A stretch of 64,000 nt of DNA from Candidatus Altiarchaeales archaeon (GTDB lineage Archaea > Altiarchaeota > Altiarchaeia > IMC4 > SCGC-AAA252-I15), in the NCBI GenBank assembly GCA_014727915.1, contig WJMO01000005.1:256001-320000 (forward strand), written 5' to 3'. The notes under the pieces were generated by a model. It ran no database searches and was not told the origin of the DNA. It saw nothing but the letters and a program-made list of their open reading frames with translations. The position numbers and the translations under genes are program-made. Positions 30,501-38,714 of this stretch are shown piece after piece. Within the stretch, counting starts at the first letter, position 1; every line of letters begins with the position of its first letter.

Positions 30501-31382
30501 CATATGCTGGGCCTAGGGGAATATGACGGGGCGGCCAGGACGTTCGCTCAGGTCTCTGATAACGCGCAGACAGAAGGGCAGAAGGTAACAGCATCATACT
30601 ACCGTGCCGAGGCATTGCTGCTTTCTGCGAGGGACCTGGCAAGTCAAGGTAAAGATGAAGAGGCGAACAGGAGATTCATCGAGGCGGCAGGGGCGTTCCA
30701 GTCTCTGACCGGAAAACAGGGTTGGGGCGGCCGGGCCCTAATAGGGCTGGGGTATTCACAGCGCGGGCTAGGGGACGAGGCCGCCGCCGCCCAGACCTTC
30801 CGTTCCATCCCAGAAGATGCTCATGAAGACATCGTCGCGGCATCGGTGTTCGCGCTCGACGGGGGGGACATCTACACAGACCCTCGTCATTCTGCCCTGC
30901 GCGAGCCCGCCAGGCTTTCCGAACTTGCCAGTGTATTCAACGACCATCGACTATATGACCTGGCAGGTGAATGCTACACGTCCGCTGCGGAGTCCGCCAG
31001 GCTGCCCCAGGACAGGGATGAGGCATATGCTTTGGCTGCCAGGGCCTATGAGGCGTCATATATTCGGGTCTCAAAGCTTGCTGGTGGGGTTGGCAGCCCT
31101 GTCCTAGCCGCTCATCTCAACATCGAGGCTGCCAACAGAAGGTGGAGTGCGGCCGACAGCTACCGGGAGATCGCATCTTCCGGTTCCTACGGCGGCGAGG
31201 CCAGGGACGGGCTCACCCGCCTGGGCGTGTTGGGGTCTGACCGTGTCGCGGAAAAGAAGGGAGATGTTGATGTGGCTAGGACGGCATGGTCTGAGAGGCT
31301 GTTCCAGGGGGTCAGCCTTTTCAGGGGCGTTGTTGACAGGCTGCGGCGTGTCGGCCGCCGAATGGGCGGTCAGGTCGTTTGA
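27570..31382 (+). CDS. Large TPR-like repeat protein (1270 aa)
   Basis: Many TPR-like units such as RALIGLGYSQRGLGDEAAAAQTF; TTG start preceded by GGGGGTGAG. Confidence 0.85.
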   Translation: MKQTIVRGSVPETEAEERFDLPPEKKARVPELKNRLYSSLHQALDAQRRAAGEADDGKRAALLRSAEGGFHDVVDAFEQVNRNYGDRANLVRRARLSGIRALTGLGRHEDAERLMLTFLDSTDDAGDRVKAVRAYVPDMPHSDVLKLQRAEMHRASGNYHAAASSYRQLASGTLRDDLMVFALTSSADCWHRQARAEGHENLTAPEATGSLRRGQDISRQVDEDFTDFEYPGLVNRARLTRIRVSNLLGDVNESRQALFKILHSHESTLDERLAAVSSYFKGSGISGLEAGERSMAASDYQAAQQSFENVLGGAATGDLRAYALVRSGDAHMGQAFAHLEAGGLGGVESEEYERAAQAYARACSECRGSSITHTALLSRGVALGKLGDYSGRWDAYSTAYMNASSPSDRLEALEHILPDSDSREFFLSNAMAAESVVHESSGEEPYMQARALESAAERYGRMKASVFTPEERAMAGFLASKTSLSAAVLSYAEAGDLESMRLWEQHGAIEDAERNCSAARRGFVELESTASDGFLKNEARLGRMQASLMTPGLRQDAIGAFTSLMASGDPTYSQQMRAQKILLDSLRTDDVSRTLLLDAGEVLASGVTAGDPQRMVRAKELFDSVHSIGGFQDSEDVRGYISFMSSLCDLRAANAYELQGRGLDASEHYGLARSGLESASDDLAWGNAARSTSIQAHRGISRVGSATALAADSRGLVSAGVTSATWASNLDAGTTGSTPGLAVGSDEADERSLRAFMSAMGNASNYDERMTAAESLLPDQQGKWEFMQAVSGAERAVESHRYDEAASVYRALLEDPSVSGEQRLVALYLGGIASLESARPRMAAVARDANALADSYARSAVDSYVPGAPFSLQQFPLEPLKESMDRNMEWSRHSCQDAHEMLTRLKQEHPVFSEDATVQLADAHALLGLGDSAAAAGLFQESAELPSLSEGHQRMAAQGLNASGVVGYQVTAVLDAGHMLGLGEYDGAARTFAQVSDNAQTEGQKVTASYYRAEALLLSARDLASQGKDEEANRRFIEAAGAFQSLTGKQGWGGRALIGLGYSQRGLGDEAAAAQTFRSIPEDAHEDIVAASVFALDGGDIYTDPRHSALREPARLSELASVFNDHRLYDLAGECYTSAAESARLPQDRDEAYALAARAYEASYIRVSKLAGGVGSPVLAAHLNIEAANRRWSAADSYREIASSGSYGGEARDGLTRLGVLGSDRVAEKKGDVDVARTAWSERLFQGVSLFRGVVDRLRRVGRRMGGQVV

Positions 31383-31440
31383 GCGGAGGCGTGAAGGTCG
31401 GACATACGAGCCCTACGATGGCAGGGCCGACGATACCGCG

Positions 31441-31614
31441 GTGCTATGGCGGAGGCTAGACGCGGAAAATGCAGGATTGCTCTACCTTGCCGGCAGGCAT
31501 GTCGGCGGCAGATTGTCTGACGTCCTGGCCGACGCCGCAATATTCTATCTTGGAGAATCTGTTGTTGACGCGTTCCTTGACGAGGCGAATAAGAGAAAAA
31601 GGGAAGTGAGATAA
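31441..31614 (+). CDS. Small helical protein, or a frameshifted tail of the upstream TPR gene
   Basis: Protein-like frame VLWRRLDAENAGLLYLAGRHVGGRLSDVLADAAIFYLG...; start uncertain. Confidence 0.35.
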   Translation: MLWRRLDAENAGLLYLAGRHVGGRLSDVLADAAIFYLGESVVDAFLDEANKRKREVR

Positions 31615-31623
31615 CGCCCCGGG

Positions 31624-32070
31624 CTAGGGCGTTATGAACTTCCTGTTCACGTCCATTATCAGCGAGTCACAGTCCTGCTTTATCTTCTCGAGCGTGGCGA
31701 CGATCCTCTCGCGCTCCTGCTCGACGTCGTCGATCATCTCATACGCTTCTATTGCGGTTTTGAAGTCGTCTATCTCGACCATGGTGTACTCGCTCTCGTT
31801 CATCTTCTTGCTGATCTTCCTGCATAGGGCTTCAAGCCAGACGTTCATGCCTTCTTTGACCCTCCGGCGGATCATCTTGTCGTTGTCCATCTCCTGCTTC
31901 ATCAGGCGGACTATGGGAGCCATTGGGAACGCGTATCCTGACTCGTCCTCTTCTGAGAACTCCTCCTCGGAGCCTTCGGCAGCCTCCTCTGCAGGTTCTT
32001 CTACGGCCTCTTCAACAGGCTCTTCAGCAGCTTCCTCGACCTCTTCCTTCTTCTTTTTCTTCCTAGCCAT
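31624..32070 (-). CDS. Histone-fold protein with a Lys/acidic N-terminal tail and a C-terminal coiled coil
   Basis: FPMAPIVRLMK (alpha1), a long alpha2 and TMVEIDDFKTAI (L2/alpha3), followed by a heptad helix. Confidence 0.8.
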   Translation of the reverse strand: MARKKKKKEEVEEAAEEPVEEAVEEPAEEAAEGSEEEFSEEDESGYAFPMAPIVRLMKQEMDNDKMIRRRVKEGMNVWLEALCRKISKKMNESEYTMVEIDDFKTAIEAYEMIDDVEQERERIVATLEKIKQDCDSLIMDVNRKFITP

Positions 32071-32088
32071 TTTCAAAACCACGAATTA

Positions 32089-32140
32089 AAAATATTTCAA
32101 ATATTTTCAAAATAATTTCAACTAAAATCCAAATTATTTT
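32089..32140. promoter_or_regulatory. Two perfect AT-rich inverted repeats upstream of the histone gene
   Basis: AAAATATTT-C-AAATATTTT (32089-32107) and AAAATAATTT-N12-AAATTATTTT (32109-32140). Confidence 0.45.
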
Positions 32141-32353
32141 AAAAACGTCCAACTACCGGTTTTTTGTCTCAGGTAGCCAAACCACCCCACACAAAAGGGC
32201 TATAATATATTATATAATATTATTAAAAAGGACGAAAAACAGGAGAAAACGGGGGTGGACGCGACTCCGCCCACGGCTCCGTCGCCCTCATCGGTTGAGC
32301 ATTATTATATCCTGATTTCCCTGTATATTGACACGATTTCTCGCACAAAAACT

Positions 32354-32426
32354 GCTGGGGTGGCCAAGCCCGGTTAGGCGATCGGCTGCAGACCGATGAA
32401 CGGGGGTTCGAATCCCTCCCCCAGCT
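32354..32426 (+). tRNA. tRNA-Cys(GCA), intronless, CCA not encoded
   Basis: Acceptor stem GCTGGGG/CCCCAGC, anticodon arm ATCGG-CTGCAGA-CCGAT, T-loop GTTCGAATC, discriminator U, then a T-tract. Confidence 0.96.
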
Positions 32427-32435
32427 TTTTGTTTT

Positions 32436-33560
32436 TCATGTGGCTGTTTCTGTGCAGGCTTTTTGTATGTCCTGGTATTCTATTTCCCTGCAGTATTCGG
32501 GTCTGTTATGTCTTTCGGCCAGTAGTCCTATGCAGGCGTATTCCCTTTCCAGTATGCCTGCTTCCTCACAGTCTTCGGCTTCCTTGACGTCTTCTGGGAT
32601 GTGCATCCTCTTGCAGGTACCCTGCCATCCGGGGTTTTCGATTTTATTGCAGATGGAATCGTTGTTTAATGCCACCGTGTAGCTTAATGTCTGAGTATCG
32701 TAGACTGGTTTGAACGGATTTTCCCCTTCTTCATCTTTCGCATAGCCTCTGAAGGAGATTGTAATGTTCAGATGATCCGAGTTCAATACTGAAATCCTCG
32801 ATTGTTCCCTCAGCATTATCCTGAAAACGTACTCTTTCTCCTGGCCGGGTTGGAATGCCCTATCCCGGATGTCGATATTATAGTATGAACTGGAAATTCT
32901 TGTGCTGGGCGAGTCCTCCCCTGTTTTTTCCCGGACTAGCTTGTGCGCTGAAGGGTTTATGTCCACGTGCAATCTGGAATCCTCCAACCTGTCATCCAGT
33001 GTGTTCTTCACAGCTACAGTGAACTCGAACTCGTTCGAATACGCATCTGGCGCCTTAACTGTCAGAGCATCTGGTGTTTCTCCTGTCTCGAACATGTTGT
33101 CGGCTTGGAATATTGACATGTGCGCCCTTGACATGTATTTCAGCTCTTCAATTGACGGGTTCTCACGATGTAGCTCCTGGATTGAATACAGTTTCGTGTG
33201 TCCTGAGAGGAAGTAGAGAGTGTCCCCCACATCTCTTCCAATGTTGAACTCTTGTGACAGGGATTCCGTCATCTTAACAGGCCTCCCAACATCGTCTTCA
33301 AAAACCCAGTGGTCGTAGATGCGCTCCCCCATCACTCTCGGCACCTGTCTGCCGTCTCTTTCTTCATCAAGCCTCCTGACGAAGCCGATGTAGAACTCGG
33401 TTGTGTTATGTTCATAAGGAAAAAAATAGCTTGGCTGGTCATCCGCATTCATCTCATCTGCTCCCAGGTCGCTTGGCTGTTCTGCTCCAATACACCCTGG
33501 GAAAGCCGGCAAAAGCAATAATGCCAACAGAGTAATGTAATAATGCCTGTCCATCATCAC
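32436..33560 (-). CDS. Putative lipoprotein with C-terminal Cys-rich helical repeats
   Basis: Lipobox-like LLLPAFPGC; repeats CNKIE...C and YCREIE...C. Confidence 0.75.
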   Translation of the reverse strand: MMMDRHYYITLLALLLLPAFPGCIGAEQPSDLGADEMNADDQPSYFFPYEHNTTEFYIGFVRRLDEERDGRQVPRVMGERIYDHWVFEDDVGRPVKMTESLSQEFNIGRDVGDTLYFLSGHTKLYSIQELHRENPSIEELKYMSRAHMSIFQADNMFETGETPDALTVKAPDAYSNEFEFTVAVKNTLDDRLEDSRLHVDINPSAHKLVREKTGEDSPSTRISSSYYNIDIRDRAFQPGQEKEYVFRIMLREQSRISVLNSDHLNITISFRGYAKDEEGENPFKPVYDTQTLSYTVALNNDSICNKIENPGWQGTCKRMHIPEDVKEAEDCEEAGILEREYACIGLLAERHNRPEYCREIEYQDIQKACTETAT

Positions 33561-33603
33561 CCTCTTTTTGACTTACCCCTTTATATCATGGATTATGGTT
33601 TTT

Positions 33604-34080
33604 TCACATGTCGACGGTTGTTTGGCCCATGTTCTGGCATCTGTGTTCGAGGGTGCATATCCTGGCGTAGGCTGTGACTGTGATGTCGCATGACTCTTCG
33701 CTGCCTTTTAGCAGTAGTGTTCCATTGTTTGTGTCGTGGACTGTCTTGTCTATGAACTTGTGGAAGCCCTTGTCCTCGCCCAGCTGGTCCACGGACAGTG
33801 TAACATTGTATATGTCCACTCCTGGCGCGTACCATTCGAAGCCCACTATCCTCTCGGTCTTGTTGACTATCCACTTGAAGTATATCTGATTGCCGTCGTC
33901 TCCCTCATCCTCTGCCGTCTCTGCCTTTATGCCCTTGGCGGTCTCAGCAGGTCTTATTTCATCTGCGGCTGTTGTCGTCATGGCCTCATCCGCTTTGAGA
34001 GCCCGGATGAACTGGAATACCAGCACCGCCAACACCGCGCATCCGATGTAGAATAGTATGGTCTCGGAGGTCTTGTTCAT
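33604..34080 (-). CDS. Membrane-anchored hypothetical protein
   Basis: One N-terminal TM helix followed by a beta-rich domain with Cys residues. Confidence 0.7.
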   Translation of the reverse strand: MNKTSETILFYIGCAVLAVLVFQFIRALKADEAMTTTAADEIRPAETAKGIKAETAEDEGDDGNQIYFKWIVNKTERIVGFEWYAPGVDIYNVTLSVDQLGEDKGFHKFIDKTVHDTNNGTLLLKGSEESCDITVTAYARICTLEHRCQNMGQTTVDM

Positions 34081-34172
34081 GGTTTCATATGTGGTATCCA
34101 ATGCTTAAAGCTTTTGCGTGTCCGGCCCGCTCTACTCTGATGCTTTTATCTTTTCCATGTGATTCATTCTCT

Positions 34173-34925
34173 ATGGGGGTGGAAGTCTTCTACTTTGGAG
34201 TGGCTGTGGTCATCGGGGGTCTCTTGTTGTTCTACAGGGGCTTCAGGTGGTTCCGGGAGAACCAGCTAATACATAACACCCCCACCTCAAAGGTCCGGTC
34301 CATGGCAATGGGCCGGGTTGAGCTGTACGGGACCATCGAATCCTGCCCTAAAAAAGAGGTTAAGACCCCATTCAGCGGATTGCCGTGTGTCTGGTGCAAG
34401 TGGGTTGTCGAAGAGCGCCGGTCCTACGGCGACGATAAGAAGTGGACCAAGGTTAAAGAGGGCGTGTTGAACGGTCTCTTCTACCTCCGGGACGAGACCG
34501 GCAAGGTAATGGTATACCCCAAGAATGCTGATGTTGACGTGCCGCAGTTCAGGGAGTACTCGAACAGGATGTTCGGCAGCCTTCCCCAGGGTGCCCTCAG
34601 CTTCCTGGAAGGCAGGGGACTTAAGACATCCGGTCTCTTCGGCTCTGACCGGACCTTCCGGCTCACCGAGTATTTTCTCATGCCCGGGGATGAAGTGTAC
34701 GTTCTCGGCACCGCCCGGGACAACCCGCTGGTGGAGGACGGCACCTCCGACATAAACGAGGAAGACATCATAGTATGCGGCGGAGAGTTCTTCTACATCT
34801 CCCGAAGGCCCCTCAAGGACGTTCACGAATACCACGCCGCGAAGGTCATAACTGGCTTCGGCGGGGGCATACTCCTCACTTTGGCGGGTGTATATCTGAT
34901 GCTCTACTATTTAGGCATCGTATAG
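34173..34925 (+). CDS. GIDE-domain (MUL1-like, RING-less) membrane protein
   Basis: TM - TPTSKVRSMAMGRVELYG - PFSG.PCV - FYLRDETG - E..L.PGD.VYVLG - TM. Confidence 0.85.
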   Translation: MGVEVFYFGVAVVIGGLLLFYRGFRWFRENQLIHNTPTSKVRSMAMGRVELYGTIESCPKKEVKTPFSGLPCVWCKWVVEERRSYGDDKKWTKVKEGVLNGLFYLRDETGKVMVYPKNADVDVPQFREYSNRMFGSLPQGALSFLEGRGLKTSGLFGSDRTFRLTEYFLMPGDEVYVLGTARDNPLVEDGTSDINEEDIIVCGGEFFYISRRPLKDVHEYHAAKVITGFGGGILLTLAGVYLMLYYLGIV

Positions 34926-34941
34926 TAATCCTTTTAATGTC

Positions 34942-35517
34942 ATGTTCCTTGGTTTGATCATATTAGCTGTCGTCGCTTTCCTATTGTCAGCAGTAATGGT
35001 CGCCAACTACCTGGTGGGAACATACAACAGCCTGGTCGAGTTGAAGAACGACATCGTTAAGGCGTGGGCCAACATCGACGTTCTTCTGAAGCAGCGCAGC
35101 GATGAGGTGCCCAACCTAGTCAGCACAGTGAAGGGCTACATGGCCCACGAACGGGAGGTCCTGGAGGCCGTCACACAAGCCCGTGCTTCGGTTGTGCGGG
35201 CAGGTTCCGTCGGCGAGAAGGCAGCAACCAACGATATGTTGGAGGTTGCGTTGGGCCGGCTGTTCGCGGTCGTGGAGGCATATCCTGAGCTGAAGGCAGA
35301 TGAGAGCTTCCTGGAGCTGCAGAAGCGGATAACCCGTTTGGAGAACGAGATCGCCGACAGGAGAGAGTTCTACAACGATGCCGTTACCATCTTCAACACC
35401 CGCATTGAATCCTACCCTGACCGATTCGTCGCCGGCTGGATGGGTTTGAGGCGAAGACCCCTATTCAAGGCGAGGCCCAGGGAGCGTCTGAGGGTCAAGA
35501 CGAGCTTCACCAAGTAA
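34942..35517 (+). CDS. lemA: LemA family protein
   Basis: YNSLV, AWANIDVLLKQRSD..PNLV, EAYPELKA and RREFYN motifs. Confidence 0.95.
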   Translation: MFLGLIILAVVAFLLSAVMVANYLVGTYNSLVELKNDIVKAWANIDVLLKQRSDEVPNLVSTVKGYMAHEREVLEAVTQARASVVRAGSVGEKAATNDMLEVALGRLFAVVEAYPELKADESFLELQKRITRLENEIADRREFYNDAVTIFNTRIESYPDRFVAGWMGLRRRPLFKARPRERLRVKTSFTK

Positions 35518-35531
35518 GAAACTGCATGAAC

Positions 35532-36362
35532 CTATATATAAACCCCTTTAACCGGTGTCTTCTGCGTTTTTACCGTGTTTTTCCCGCTCTCTTTGGTCTC
35601 ATAGTCCAGTTCAACCACAATGTCATATTCCCCTCCTGGTACTCCTGGGATGCATTCGGTCGAGAATCTCAACGATTCATCCGCTTCTATGACTCCCCTG
35701 TAGTCGAGGCTGCACTTCACCACTCCGTCCTCAACCACCCTAATCTGCCCGACGGTCAACTCACCGGGTCCCTCGTTCCTGAACTCTGCCTTGAAAGTGC
35801 CGGCGGAGAAGAACATTATCCTGTCCGGTTTCGGTTCCAGCCTGTATATTCCGTCAGATGCTATGGCGGCTGTGGTCTGGTTCCGTATGCCAGCTCCCTG
35901 CCTCGTCTCGTACTCCCTCCATAGGTCCTTTCTTGGGATGTCGTCATGTGCTTGCATGGACTGCATTAGAAGGAGGCCTGCTGACAGCAATGTGATGGAA
36001 AGTGCGAATGCCATAAGCTGGTTGTATCGCTTTTCCGCCTTCTCCCCGGCCACTATGATGTTGCTGAACTCGCCCGCGTTGCCGTACAGTACCATGAGGA
36101 ACACCATGCTCTTACCGATGTTCACGACCGTTAGCAAGTCGGGTATGTCGTTGAATGAGACGATGATGTTGACTATCTGGTATATGACTGCCACCCTGTA
36201 GGCATTCGTGAAGCGCTTCAGGACGCCGGCGCCCGTGAGCAAAAGCAGGATACCAAGGCTCAACCCCAACATGTCCCCCCTGTAGGCTGAGAACACTATC
36301 AGGCTCTCCATGAGGAACACCAACCCTATGAAGTCTACTGCGCGGGAGCTCCTCCTATCCAA
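35532..36362 (-). CDS. Multi-pass membrane protein with a C-terminal Ig-like domain
   Basis: About 5 hydrophobic segments followed by a beta-sandwich-like region (FRNEG, GGEYDIVVELDY). Confidence 0.7.
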   Translation of the reverse strand: MDRRSSRAVDFIGLVFLMESLIVFSAYRGDMLGLSLGILLLLTGAGVLKRFTNAYRVAVIYQIVNIIVSFNDIPDLLTVVNIGKSMVFLMVLYGNAGEFSNIIVAGEKAEKRYNQLMAFALSITLLSAGLLLMQSMQAHDDIPRKDLWREYETRQGAGIRNQTTAAIASDGIYRLEPKPDRIMFFSAGTFKAEFRNEGPGELTVGQIRVVEDGVVKCSLDYRGVIEADESLRFSTECIPGVPGGEYDIVVELDYETKESGKNTVKTQKTPVKGVYI

Positions 36363-36405
36363 GGGATACCACCACTAAGACTATTCTTGGGCAGCGTATA
36401 AAACT

Positions 36406-37494
36406 TTACTCGAACAGCTTCAGGTATTCCCCATAACCCTTCTCTCCCAGTTCTTCTTTGGGTATGAACTTCAAAGCCGCCGAGTTTATGCAGTATCTAG
36501 TGCCTGTGGGGGGTGGTCCGTCCTCGAAGACATGGCCGAGGTGGCTGTCTCCCTCCCTGCTCCTTACCTCGGTCCTCACCATCCCCAGAGTTCGGTCCGT
36601 GTTCTCTACTATGGTGTCCTCTTCTATGGGCCTGTTGAAGCTCGGCCACCCTGTTCCGGAGTCGAACTTGTCCGTCGAGCTGAACAGCGGCTCCCCAGAT
36701 ACTATGTCGACGTATATGCCCTCACTCTTGTTATCCCAGTACTCGTTGTTGAAGGCTGCTTCGGTCCCGTTCTCCCTGGTCACCCTATACTGGGTGGGAG
36801 TCAGCTTCTCCCTGAGCTCATCCTCCGAAGGGCGTTTATATCCCCTTTCACCGCCGGAGCCAGGTTTGGGACCGTCTTCTACCCCGTCTTTCCACACGCT
36901 CTTGAGGTAGCCTTCCCTCCTGGACATTGCCTTGTAGCCCTTGTATTGGACGGGGTTCTTCTTGTAGTAGTCCTGGTGGTATTCCTCAGCTGGGTAGAAG
37001 CCCGTGTATTCCCTTATCTCGGTCGCGATGGGCCTCTTGAACTTCCCCGACCCGTTCAGCCTCTTCTTGGACTCCTCGGCCAGCCTCTTCTGTATGCTGT
37101 TGTGGTAGAATATCACCGTCTGATACTGGCTTCCCCTGTCCGCGAACTGGCCGATTGCGTCCGTGGGGTCTATCTGCTGCCAGTACACCTCCAAGAGCTC
37201 ATCATACCCTATGCTCTCCGGGTCGTATGTTATCTGCACCGCCTCCACATGCCCTGTGCCTCCCTCCGACACCTTCTTGTAGGTCGCGTCCTCATCGCTT
37301 CCACCGCTGTACCCTACTGTGACCTCAACCACTCCCTCCAGATTCTCAAAGGGTGGTTCCATGCACCAGAAGCAACCTCCTGCAAACGTTGCCTTCTCAA
37401 CCTCCCCCTCATACTCTGGTATTCCCTCTTTTGGTTCCATGCATCCGCCTCCTGTCAAAACTATCAATAAAACGATGACGGCCTTGTTCATCAT
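36406..37494 (-). CDS. msrAB: Peptide methionine sulfoxide reductase MsrA/MsrB fusion, lipoprotein-type signal
   Basis: [30 protein letters not shown] and RYCINS motifs; N-terminal LTGGGC. Confidence 0.96.
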   Translation of the reverse strand: MMNKAVIVLLIVLTGGGCMEPKEGIPEYEGEVEKATFAGGCFWCMEPPFENLEGVVEVTVGYSGGSDEDATYKKVSEGGTGHVEAVQITYDPESIGYDELLEVYWQQIDPTDAIGQFADRGSQYQTVIFYHNSIQKRLAEESKKRLNGSGKFKRPIATEIREYTGFYPAEEYHQDYYKKNPVQYKGYKAMSRREGYLKSVWKDGVEDGPKPGSGGERGYKRPSEDELREKLTPTQYRVTRENGTEAAFNNEYWDNKSEGIYVDIVSGEPLFSSTDKFDSGTGWPSFNRPIEEDTIVENTDRTLGMVRTEVRSREGDSHLGHVFEDGPPPTGTRYCINSAALKFIPKEELGEKGYGEYLKLFE

Positions 37495-37590
37495 CTATCT
37501 TCCCTCATCATTCTATTAAATACTTGGCAGTTACGGGTTGGTAATGTTTTCTAAACCCTTTTTCTTCTCCTAATCGAATTATTTCACCTA

Positions 37591-37947
37591 ATGGAAGCTG
37601 ATACCATCTTCTTTGTCGAGCGGGATGTCTGCGACAGCAGTGCCTGGTCGCTGAAATGGGGCACTCTAATACTCTATAAGGCGGGTTTGGTGTTCTATTA
37701 TAACCGGCCCCGCGCTGAAGAGCCGGAGAGACTGCAGGACGTGGTCAAGACCGGCGACATCCTGGAGGTGCGGGTTGAGAAGATGGACTGGCTGGTGAGC
37801 AAGATATTCTGGGTGGGCCGCAAGCTCGTGGTGTTCAAGACACGGGAGGGGGAGAAGAAATACTATCTCAGGGAAACTGAAAAGCTGTTCATGGCCTTTG
37901 ACATGCTGGACAACTCGATCAAGTGCGTGGACAAATCCAAAAAATGA
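37591..37947 (+). CDS. PH/GRAM-like domain protein
   Basis: GTLILYKAGLVFY...DILEV...beta strands then a C-terminal helix. Confidence 0.6.
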   Translation: MEADTIFFVERDVCDSSAWSLKWGTLILYKAGLVFYYNRPRAEEPERLQDVVKTGDILEVRVEKMDWLVSKIFWVGRKLVVFKTREGEKKYYLRETEKLFMAFDMLDNSIKCVDKSKK

Positions 37948-38126
37948 CCTTAAACAGGCCCAACAACCTTTTTATTCGAGTATTCCCTATCTCTACGACC
38001 CTGGGGGTGTTTATATCCTATATAGGTCAAAATCCCTATTAGGATAAAACCGCACATTCTGGTGTGGTTTATATTCCGCCATTGGTTAATCTTTTAACTC
38101 AATTTTGGTTTTCAAGGTGATATGCG

Positions 38127-38714
38127 ATGTTGGTAGTTATGACCGGCGTGCCCGGTGTCGGGAAGTCGACTGTTGTCAAGACCGCCTTCAAACAGGCGGA
38201 GGAGAAGGGAATAGACGTTAACTTTGACCTCGTTAACTTCGGGGACATGATGCTCAAGACCGCCGAGAAGGAGGGTCTTGTCAAGCACCGTGACGAGATG
38301 AGGCAGCTGCCCGTGGAGCAGCAGCACAGCATACAGAAGCATGCTGCAGCCGAGATAAGGAAGATGGCTGACAGCGGAGACGTCATATTGGACACTCACG
38401 CGTCCATCGAGACCCCGAACGGTTTCATACCCGGCATGCCCGAGTGGGTTTTGCGGGAGATGAAGCCTGATGTGATCGTGGTCTTGGAGAGCAGGCCTGA
38501 GGACGTCAACAAGTTCCGGAAGAAGGACTTGGGAGACGATTTCCGGAGGCGCGAGGTCGACAACATCGAGGGCATAGAGAGGCATCAGAGCGTCAACCGG
38601 AGCATTGCCATGGCATATTCGGTTTTCACAGGGACTCCCATCAAGCTGATCTGGAAGCCTGAGGGCACCCTACCCCGGGCTGCAGAGGAACTATTAGGTG
38701 TTTTAAGTGCTTGA
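38127..38714 (+). CDS. adkA: Archaeal adenylate kinase
   Basis: TGVPGVGKST, NFGD, RDEMR, DTH and GFIPGMP motifs. Confidence 0.95.
   Translation: MLVVMTGVPGVGKSTVVKTAFKQAEEKGIDVNFDLVNFGDMMLKTAEKEGLVKHRDEMRQLPVEQQHSIQKHAAAEIRKMADSGDVILDTHASIETPNGFIPGMPEWVLREMKPDVIVVLESRPEDVNKFRKKDLGDDFRRREVDNIEGIERHQSVNRSIAMAYSVFTGTPIKLIWKPEGTLPRAAEELLGVLSA

Noticed and set aside
32251-32300. Second or split tRNA, or hammerhead ribozyme, in the GC-rich island
   Set aside because: No T-loop or D-loop consensus and no complete CUGAUGA/GAAA core; kept only as an unexplained hairpin.
36532-37470. Long antisense ORFs (here and at 19400-20443, 42061-42909, 56095-57309)
   Set aside because: They mirror well-supported genes on the opposite strand, as expected from codon bias in GC-rich DNA, and contain no motifs.
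32354-37500. Integrated element at tRNA-Cys
   Set aside because: No integrase and no duplicated tRNA 3' end (att site) found by eye; the downstream genes are ordinary membrane and stress genes.
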